Positions 13,310-23,150 of a stretch of 64,000 nucleotides of DNA are shown one piece after another. The notes beneath the pieces are model-generated. The model searched no databases and had not been told where the DNA came from. It saw only the letters and a list, made by a program, of their open reading frames with translations. The DNA is from Antedon mediterranea. Lineage: Eukaryota; Animalia; Echinodermata. The first letter of the stretch is position 1; each line of letters begins with the position of its first letter. The translations under genes and the position numbers were made by a program. The stretch covers positions 10,473,812 through 10,537,811 of the forward strand of contig NC_092675.1 of the NCBI RefSeq assembly GCF_964355755.1, read 5' to 3'.

Positions 13310-13681
13310 ATGACAACTTTAAGATCGGGTAAAAATATAGATAAGACTATGTCAGAAAAAGATACTAGGGAAGATATGGTTGACCAAGAAGAGGTTGACC
13401 AAGTCAATGAAATGTATGATAACATGGCTAGGGATATTGATTTGCCCGAAATACCCGGCGGTATGCCTAAAGATATGATGCTCGAATATTTTCGAATGAA
13501 GTTCGAGGCCGAGGCCGAAAACAAAAAGTTAGAATTACAATACCAACAAGACCAATTAAGATTAGAAGCAGATATAGAGCAAAAGAAAATAGATATAGAG
13601 CAAAGAAAAATTGAATCACAAGAAAGAGTGAAAATGATGGAATTAGAAAATAGGTCTAGCTACAGAATGCTAGGAATATAG
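13310..13681 (+). CDS. gag: Gag N-terminal coiled-coil portion (frameshifted from the rest)
   Basis: E/K/Q-rich helical ORF starting MTTLRSGK, immediately upstream of the capsid region in another frame. Confidence 0.7.
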   Translation: MTTLRSGKNIDKTMSEKDTREDMVDQEEVDQVNEMYDNMARDIDLPEIPGGMPKDMMLEYFRMKFEAEAENKKLELQYQQDQLRLEADIEQKKIDIEQRKIESQERVKMMELENRSSYRMLGI

Positions 13682-13689
13682 TAGGTGAA

Positions 13690-16431
13690 ATGAAGGTAAA
13701 GGTTCCTACTTTGAAGGAATCAGATGATATTGATATATATTTTAGAACATTTGAACACTTGGCAGAAGCCACAGGTTGGGATAGGAATACGTGGTCCGCT
13801 AGGTTAGCACCTGAACTGTCTGGTAAAGCTAGGACAGCATATGCATCCTTAACCGTAAAAGAATGTGTAGATTATGATACCTTAAAGAAGGCAATCTTAG
13901 AAAAGTATGATGTGTCCGCAGAGACCTACAGATTTAAATTTAGAAATTCAAACAGAGTTAAAGATATGTCCATCAGGGAATGGCTGAATGAGCTCTCCCA
14001 TTATTTAAAATGTTGGATGAAATGTGCTAATGTAAAAGAAGATGATGCTGCAGGCATTATTGAAATGATTATAATGGAACAGGCACTTGATAAAATGCCT
14101 GAAGATCTGAGGCTTTATCTTAGAGATAAACAAGTAAATAAGAGCTATGATATGGCTATGATAGCCGATGATTATATAGCTAATAGAGGTGGCCGTGGCT
14201 ATTGGAATGCCGTAAATTCTGAAAATAAGCCTACGTATTATAAGGGCCAAGAAAATAGTAAACCTAAGAATAGTACGACTCAGAATAACCCTGGAGCTAG
14301 GCAGCAAGGATACAATAGGTATCGCGGAAGGGGAGGCAAATTCCATAACTATGGTAGAAATTTCCAACAGAGAGAAACTTCAAATGAATGGATTAATGGC
14401 CTATGCTTCAATTGTAAGGAGAAGGGACATAAAATAGGGGATTGTCCTAAGATGGTAGCAAAAGGAAAGACTAGTGACACTAAGAAGGATCCGAATGTGA
14501 AAGATGGCTTAAGATGTGAAGGACTAAAATCAGATAGACCCCAAGTAGTTATGGATAGTGTAGAAAATAAAATGGAGAAGTGTACAATACCAGGAAAGTT
14601 AGAAGGACAGGATATAACTATGCTTAGAGACTCGGGATGTACCCAGTCAGCTGTTAAGGAAAGTCTAGTGCCTAACAAATGTTACTTGCCAGGAAAATGG
14701 GTTACGTTAAGAGGTATAGGAGGCGATATTACTGTCCCCTTAGCTGAGGCAGCTATAGAAAGTAAGATAGTGACAGGAAAAGTGATTGTAGCCGTAATCG
14801 AAGGATTACAGAGGGACATGTTATTGGGTCATGATTTGGACCAGAATTGTGGGGAAACAATGGCTAAAGAAATGTTCGTCCTAACTAGGGAGCAAGCCAG
14901 AATAGAAAATGATGTTAGAATACAAGACGAAATGATATTGTTAGGGAAAGATAGTAACTTTAAGCCGATAGAAGAGCCGCCTAAAGAAACTAATGTACAA
15001 TTGTTGAAAACAGTAGTAAATGACAACAAAGTAAATAAAATTAAGTGTTTAGATGATATGAATGGAACAGAAATGAATAATTTGTTTGACGAAAATGAGG
15101 ATAAAGCTAAAGATAAAACAGTCAAACATAAAACTTATGAACAACAGCACAAGCTGAACCTAACTAAACAAGAACTGATCAAATTGCAAACTAAGGATGA
15201 CTCACTCAAAGGAGTGTTTGACAGGGTAGTCCCTATAGAAGAAATAGGTCAGCATAGGGTATGTTTCTTTATGAGACAAGGTATATTGATGAGAAATTGG
15301 AGTAGTATTAAAGATAAGAATAACCAAGTGGAACAGATTGTATTACCCACTCAGTGTAGACAGGGTGTATTACACTTAGGTCATAATGTGCCATTTGCAG
15401 GTCACATGGGTGTTGAGAAAACTAAAAGTAGGGTCCTGAACCAATTCTATTGGCCAGGTATATTTAAAGATGTGGTAGTCTATTGTAAAGTCTGTAAGGA
15501 ATGCCAAAAGGTAGATAAGGGTAAAAGTAAAAGGAAACATACTTTGATACCATTACCGATTATAAGTACACCATTTAAACGTATAGCGATAGACATTGTT
15601 GGACCCTTATCTAGAACAAGCCGTAATAACAAATATATGCTTACTATAATTGACTATGCTACGAGATATCCGGATGCTATCCCGTTACCCAATGTTAGAG
15701 CTGAAACAGTAGCCAGGGCTCTAATAGAAGTCTTTACTAGAGTAGGATTACCCGAAGAGATTGTACATGATCAAGGAACTAATTTCATGTCTTCAATTAT
15801 GCAATCTATATGTAGTATGTTGGGGATTAATCAATTAAAGACTACAGTGTACCACCCCCAAAGCAATGGGCTTGTTGAAAGATTTCACGGTACATTGAAA
15901 AATATGATAAGGACACTTACAGTTAAGCAAAGAAAAAATTGGGATAACTACATACCCCCCTTTCTGTTTGCATACAGAGAAGTTCCTAGTAAAGCGACGG
16001 GCCATTCACCTTTTAAATTGCTTTATGGTAGAGAGATGAGGGGACCCTTGAGTTTACTCAAAAGTAATTGGGTAGAAGATGAAGAAACATCTACTGATGT
16101 TATCAAATACATGTTAGAAATAAGAGAAAAAATGGAGGAATTAATGAAAGATGCTAATGTAAACAAACTTGAACAACAAGAAATTATGTCCCACAATTAT
16201 AACAAGAATGCTATTGATAGAGAATTTGTAGAAGGGGACAAAGTGTTGATATTCCTTCCAGTAGGAAATAGTAAGTTAGACAGTAAATGGCAAGGCCCCT
16301 TCACTGTTACAAAAAAGGTCAATGATGTAAATTATGAAATATACATAGGAGGTAGAAGAAAAGAAAAACAAATTCTACATGTTAATATGTTAAAGAGATG
16401 GTATGATAAAGTAGAAATAAGTAAAGATGGT
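13690..16431 (+). CDS. Gag (SCAN-like capsid, CCHC knuckle) - protease - integrase
   Basis: ETYRFKFR...IIMEQAL SCAN-like block, CFNCKEKGHKIGDC, LRDSG, HHCC zinc finger, DIVG/DQG/VERF DDE triad, WQGPF module. Confidence 0.92.
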
Positions 16432-17165
16432 GGATATTGCTAAACACCGCAAACCCCGCAAACCCCCGCAAACCTCCAAAAAAACATAGCAAACCCCATC
16501 GAACCAACATAAAAGTGATTGAATCATGTAGTGTACAACCCACTGGGTATATCAATGTAAAAAAAAAATTAAATTTCTACATTTAACAACTTATTTTTGG
16601 GGTAAAACATCATTTTTTGGTCAAAAATGATTGGTAAACCCCGCAAACCTCCAAAAAACCATAGCAAACCCCACCAAACCAACATAAAAGTGATTGAATA
16701 ATGTAGTGTACGACCCACTGGGTATATAAATTATTAAATTTCTACTGTTAACTACTTATTTTTGGGGATAAAACATAATTTTTTGGTTAAAAATTAGCAA
16801 TCATTTTTGACCAAAAAATGATGTTTTACCCCAAAAATAAGTAGTTAACGGTATAAATTTAATATTTTTTTTACATGGATATACCCATTGGGTTGTACAC
16901 TACATGATTCAATCACTTTTATGTTGGTTCGATGGGGTTTGCTATATTTTTTTTTAGGTTTGCAGGGTTTAGCAATCATTTTTGACCAAAAAATGATGTT
17001 TTACCCCAAAAATAATTAGTTAACAGTAAAAATGTATTATTTTTTTTTACATGGATATACCCAGTGGGTTGTACACTACATGATTCAATCACTTTTATGT
17101 TGGTTCGATGGGGTTTGCTATGTTTTTTTGGAGGTTTGCGGGGTTTGCGGTGTTTAGCAATACCC
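16432..17165. mobile_element. Fold-back MITE with long internally repetitive TIRs inserted in pol
   Basis: GGATATTGCTAAACACCGC / GCGGTGTTTAGCAATACCC termini; 8-bp TSD AAGATGGT (16424-16431, 17166-17173); ~180-bp internal repeats on both arms. Confidence 0.9.
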
Positions 17166-17173
17166 AAGATGGT

Positions 17174-18699
17174 TATTATGTAGTAACAAATGTTCAGTCG
17201 ATAGAAGAAGTAGACTTAAATGAAACAGTCCATGACAATGAGTTAGATAGTGAAATAGACATAGGATTGTCTTATCATCAATCACAAACATGGAGAGATG
17301 TTAACGTTAGTAGTAATTTAAATGATACACAAACTAAACAATTAACAGAATTGTTAAAGTACCAACAGAATGTATTCTCGGATGTACCAGGTAGAACTCA
17401 CTTAGTGACACATGAAATTAAGACTAATGGTGAAATGCCTATAAGGCATAGGGCATATAGAACGCCCCAAGCATTAAAGGGTAAATTGAAAGAGGAATTA
17501 GATAGTATGTTGGCTATGGGTATAATAGAACCTACAGTTAGTGCCTATGCTGCACCTATTATTGCCCTGAAGAAAGGCCAGAATCAAATTAGAATGGTGA
17601 CAGATTTTAGATCACTAAATAAGACTACACAATTTGACCCTTATGTTATGCCTCGCATAGACGAAATGTTGGATGAGGTATCATCCGCAATATACATAAC
17701 TACGTTAGATCTAACTAAAGGATTTTACCAGGTGCCTCTGGATCCTAAGACCAAAGACAAATCAGCATTTATTACACAATGTGGACAGTATTGTTACAAT
17801 GTACTTCCATTTGGTATGCAAAATAGCTCTAGTACTTTCCAAAGATTAATGGATAAGGTATTACAAGGTACTGAGGGATATGCTAAGGCATATATAGATG
17901 ACATATGTATTTATAGTCAAACTTGGAAAGATCATATTTTTCATTTGAATGATGTATTAGAAAGATTAAGTAGTGCTGGATTGACAGCAAAGCCTTTGAA
18001 AGGTAAAATTGCCTATGCACAGGTAGAATTTCTGGGGCATAAGATTGGTAATGGAGAAATTAGACCCATGATTGATAAGGTTGAGGCTGTGGAAAAGTTC
18101 CCCAGACCTTTGTCTATGAAACAAGTCCGATCATTTCTCGGATTAACTGGCTATTACAGAAAATTTGTACAGAACTATGCCGATATTGCTAAGCCATTGA
18201 TTGATTTAACTCTAAAGAGTAAAAGTAATACTGTACCGTTAAGTGGAATGAACAATGTGAAAATGCCTTTGTAACTTTAAAGAAACGACTTACTGATGAT
18301 AATGTATTAAAAGCCCCAAATTTTGATAAGATGTTTATATTGCAAACTGATGCCTCAAATTATGGCATAGGTGCAGTGCTGAGCCAAATAGATGGTGAGG
18401 GTAATGATTATCCCATTGTGTATTTAAGTAGAAAGTTATCTGTACATGAGCAGAGATATTCTGTGCCAGAAAAAGAGTGCCTCTCTATTGTTTGGGCTAT
18501 CAATAAACTTAAGTATTATCTGTATGGTTGTGAATTTCAAGTTCATACTGACCACCAGGCATTGAGATGGATGGACTCAATGAAGGGTGCCAATGTTAGA
18601 CTTATGAGATGGGCTCTGTTTTTACAAGGATATAAATTTAAAGTTATTTACAAGAAAGGATCATTAAATGGAAATGCAGATGGATTAAGCCGTGCATAA
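17174..18699 (+). CDS. pol: Reverse transcriptase - RNase H (one frameshift near 18230)
   Basis: DFRSLN, LDLTKGFYQ, LPFGM, YIDD, FLGLTGYYRKF, QTDAS, ECLSIVWA, TDHQAL, ADGLSR. Confidence 0.92.
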
Positions 18700-18789
18700 T
18701 AATATTATAGAGGTGTTATTTGTAGATAGTTTATAGTAAAATGGTTTTAAATGTTAAATTTTTGGAAAGATTGACACAATCTTTTTCCC

Positions 18790-18800
18790 AAAAAGGGGAA
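18790..18800 (+). promoter_or_regulatory. Polypurine tract
   Basis: AAAAAGGGGAA immediately before the 3' LTR. Confidence 0.85.
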
Positions 18801-19149
18801 TGTCATATTATTGATGTTGTGATTCTCTGTGTTTAGATAAGGATGCTTTAGACCAGGTCCGCCTTATTATTAGCCAATCAAAATCGTATAAATTTTGGAG
18901 GGAAAATGTTATCCTCCTCTGAAGCCTAAAATTTGCATGTCCAGTATAAAAGTGGAATGTAATAGATATTAGGGAAGAAGAGAGAATAAGATCAGAGTAG
19001 ATAAACGGATAGTTGATAAAGAGAATATTAAGGCTTGACTGGTAGTGGTAGAAAGATGTATTAATCGAATTTCAAGGAATAAAAGTTATAGTTGAGTTAT
19101 ATCTATACGCCTGAGAAAGCTCGGAACCAACTAAAATAAATTCACTACA
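18801..19149 (+). repeat. 3' LTR
   Basis: Repeat of the 5' LTR lacking a ~55-bp internal segment. Confidence 0.95.
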
Positions 19150-21007
19150 TGTCCAACTTGAAAAATACCTGCACACAATAATACGAGGACGCTTCGCATT
19201 TTCCTATCTCCTCCTACGATAATTGTTTTTAATAGCTGAAAACCGGTTGAACTGCTCGAGTACAGCATCATAATGTTGAAGACAGGCCGATTTTCTTAAA
19301 AAAATACTCCTCCTACGATAGTTGTTTTTAATAGCTGAAAACCGGTTGAACAGCTAGAGTACACCATCATAATGTTGAAGACAGGCCGATTTTCTTAAAA
19401 AAATACTATTTTGATAGATTTAATATATGATTATACAAATGTATTGATTTGCGATGAATGGAACATCCCAATCTCTCAGTCTGCCAGAGTTTGGTTTAAC
19501 ACAAGTAGGTAAATGTATGAGCTCTTGGTTTAACACATACGGTAGGTAAATATGTGGGCCCTTTGAGAATAAACTTGCAATACTTTGACAATACTGTACT
19601 GTTAACTATTTTTAGTCCTCATTTGAATCGAACATTTCTTACTGTGAATGTTCGTACTGTTAGATGTAATATAAAAATATATACAGATAAACTTTATTAC
19701 TGAGATTGTGGATAGGATCTACTGTTAGATATAAACACATAATTATATACAAATAAACTTTATACTGACAGTTCCTTCTCAACGTTTGTATTAATTAATA
19801 ATTACCAATAAAATAAACGTCGTAGTGGTGTATCGTGACATGTACTTTAATATTTCAATTGATTATGACAGTGACAGTTTTAACAAAGTATTAAATATTT
19901 TCCATTTTAACTTTCTGTGTTTATAAAAATAAAGTCAAACACAGACTAGGACTTGTTAAAAAATGTCCATGGTTAATGTTCACTGCGGAGTTAGAAGATA
20001 TAATCAATTGTGAGTTTTTAATAAATAAAGAAAAGGCAAAAAAAATGTGGTCAGATATGGACCGTAACAATTTAGCAAGGTATAAAATTAACGTTTATAA
20101 AATTGATATTTAGGTAAAGTAAAATATACCTTTTCTTTTTTTTTTTTTTTTTTTTTTATTTATTTTTTTTTTGATTGCCTGAAAGAGATAAAAAGAGTTA
20201 TAAAATTAAGAATTCTGTGGTAAATTATACGTACATTGTTAAGGATTGAAAAACGTGTAAAGAGTGTATAACATAGAGGAATTTTTTTTTCTTTCCTTAT
20301 ACTATTATATATAAAATGCAATGGTAGGAGTGAGATATCAGTTGTACTGAAAGTTAGTTAATGTCAATTATATTGTATTGTATCATTACATTACTCATGT
20401 GCTCAATGTACTCATTGTAAACGAACATTTTATTGATGAAGAAATAAAAGTGGGTCGATCCTACATAGGACAAAAAAAAAAAAAAAGTATTAAATCGCAA
20501 ATGTTTTACTGTATTTAGAGGTATATTATTTATAGGCCTATAAAACACGAAAAAAATATTTCGTTACTGAGTGGATAAAGAATATATTTAAAAATTGTTC
20601 CTCTTTGTACCTATCCGCTTTCCCATCCGTCAACCCTAATATAAAAAAAAACCCATACAAAACACAAATTGGGTTTCTTTAAATGAGTCCAAATCAAAAA
20701 TTTGGACTCATTTTGTGATAAGTTTCTCCTTCGGAAGTAATTCCCAGGGTGCTAATTTTAGTTGACTACATAAATCATCGTCTCTATTTATTCGTTTCTG
20801 TAAACGACAATGTATTATAGTCCTGCGGTACGTACATTTGAAATCGCCAGTTTTGTGACGCTGAAATTACGAGCAGGGGTCGTCAAACACACGGCCAGTC
20901 TGTGGTTCTTTTTTGGCCAGCCTGTGGTCCGGGGGCGCTAGACATTTGGCCAGCCTGTGGTCCCGAGGGCGCTAGACATTTCGGTCAGCCAGAGCCATAA
21001 TATTGAC

Positions 21008-21886
21008 GGTGACTACTTCTTCGCATGCAGCTAAAATAAAATGACGTCACGTTAAAGCGTGTCGTCACAGAGTCTCATGCATATGCAAAAGGGTGTTTTG
21101 TCTCTGCTTCTTATGCGCTCATGATTTTACAAAATGTTTTCAGAGTGATTAATCAACTCCCTGGATTAATTAATGATGGTGCGATCGGTGGTACAGAAAA
21201 TAATCCGATATTGTTCCAGATAACAAAGAAGCAGATTAAATATAGTTGTTTATTCGACCCATTTGGCTTATAAGCAGATTAAATATAGTTGTTTATTCGA
21301 CCCATTTGGCTTGCTTAGATGCCTAGCCCTATAGACAGACTTTCTATGATAGTATTGATACCTACTCACTAGCGGACTAACTAAAGACAAGTAAAATACA
21401 GTATACACTACCCACTATTATCAGGCCATCCATATCCTCCCCTTCATCGTTACCGCGTGGCATTGTGCAGATACTAACCCAGCATACTAGCTAACTTCCC
21501 ACCCACCCTAGCCTCTCAGGTATGCACTGCGCTGCCACTACTACAGACAGTAAGAGGCCTAGGCCTAGCCTAATTCGGGCCTCATGTCTTGCAGCATTTG
21601 AAAATACATAATAATATTGTACATTATTATTATTTTGTATTCGCACTGGAAGTATCTAGGCTCTCCTGTCATGTTAAAATTAAAGTATATTATTTATTAT
21701 CCTCGGCAGTGAAAACAATTATATTTTGTTGTATATTTTCGATAAATCTCGCGTCGCGTGTGTGTGGTGGTACATGGTGGAAAAAACTCTCAGCAAGTTT
21801 GCTTCATTTATATGCATGAGACTCTGTGACGACCCACTTTAACATGACGTCATTTTACTTTAGCTGCATGCGAAGAAATAGTCACC
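21008..21886. mobile_element. Mutator-like MITE
   Basis: ~80-bp TIR GGTGACTA...CTCATGCATAT; 9-bp TSD AATATTGAC (20999-21007, 21887-21895); another end copy at ~50376-50500. Confidence 0.85.
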
Positions 21887-22407
21887 AATATTGACGCGCG
21901 AGCAGGTACAGTAAATGTTTTTCTCCAAAACTATAGAGGGCGCTACCCAACGTTTATTACCAGAGCCGTTTAAATATATTATTATTTAATTGTTTATTAC
22001 CACAGTTTTTCAATCATAATTAATTAATAGCTTTTATAGCTCTATAAGAATGATTTAATGTTCTATTAAAATCGACTCGGTTAAGAACCAGCAATCTAAA
22101 ATCATAAATATATCCTCTTAACATTTATTATTTCAGTTTAGTTTCATTGACATTTTGTTTTTTTGTATATTAATTATCATTAAAAATTCAATATTTGAAT
22201 CGTCATCTTTGGTTAGAGATTGTAAGCAGCCAGTGTGTAGTTTAACAACACGTATAAACAAAATCAATTATTTTGAATTAAATCTAACATGGTATTATAA
22301 TGGTAAAGCAGCCAAGAACACAAACACAATTTATTAATTCATTTTAAACTTTATTTAACTTTTTTTGTAGTTTAAGCTCAACATTGGTATGGTCAATTCA
22401 TTAATAT

Positions 22408-23150
22408 TAACGTCGAATTGACATACAATGCTCTACGTAAGCTTTCACTCTTGAAGAATGAACAATCAAAGTTAAAACAATTATTGAGAATATATGCAAA
22501 CCATTGTAATAAACGTCGAAATGACATACAATGCTCTACGTAAGCTTTCACTCTAGAAGAATGAACAATCAAAGTTAAAACAATTATTGAGAATATATGC
22601 AAACCATTGTAATAAACGTCGAAATGACATACAATGCTTTACGTAAGCTTTCACTCTAGAAGAATGAACTATCAAAGTTAAAACAATTATTGAGAATATA
22701 TGCAAACCATTGTAATAAACGTCGAAATGACATACAATGCTCTACGTAAGCTTTCACTCTAGAAGAATGAACAATCAAAGTTAAAACAATTATTGAGAAT
22801 ATATGCAAACCATTGTAATAAACGTCGAAATGACATACAATGCTTTACGTAAGCTTTCACTCTAGAAGAATGAACTATCAAAGTTAAAACAATTATTGAG
22901 AATATATGCAAACCATTGTAATAGACGTCGAAATGACATACAATGCTCTACGTAAGCTTTCATTCTAGAAGAATGAACAATCAAACAATTAATAATTATT
23001 GAGAATATATGCAAACCATTGTAATAAACGTTGAAATGACATACAATACTCTACGTAAGCTTTAAGCTTTCACTCTTCAAGAATGAACAATCAAACCATT
23101 ATTGAAAATATACTGTATTACAAACCATTAAACAAAACGTTGAATTGACA
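22408..23150. repeat. 103-bp tandem repeat, about 7 units
   Basis: AAACGTCGAAATGACATACAATGC recurs at 22511, 22614, 22717 and onward. Confidence 0.92.

Larger units (their letters stand above)
12363..19149 (+). mobile_element. Full-length Ty3/Gypsy LTR retrotransposon, Gmr1-type domain order
   Basis: TG..CA LTRs, 4-bp TSD TGTC (12359-12362, 19150-19153), PBS, PPT, gag-PR-IN-RT-RH. Confidence 0.95.

Noticed and set aside
13660-13690. Programmed gag frameshift
   Set aside because: No slippery heptamer, and the break lies within gag upstream of the capsid; a small insertion explains it better.
13252-15125. Antisense ORFs over gag-pol, and likewise over the LINE and PLE ORFs
   Set aside because: Shadow frames of real coding sequence with no motifs.
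17108-17165. MGFAMFFW N-terminus of the RT ORF as a real start
   Set aside because: Derived from the inserted MITE TIR.
10270-19480. A single large TIR element around 10.7-12.1 kb
   Set aside because: Better explained by oppositely oriented Helitron-like copies with TC/CTAG ends; no TSD found.
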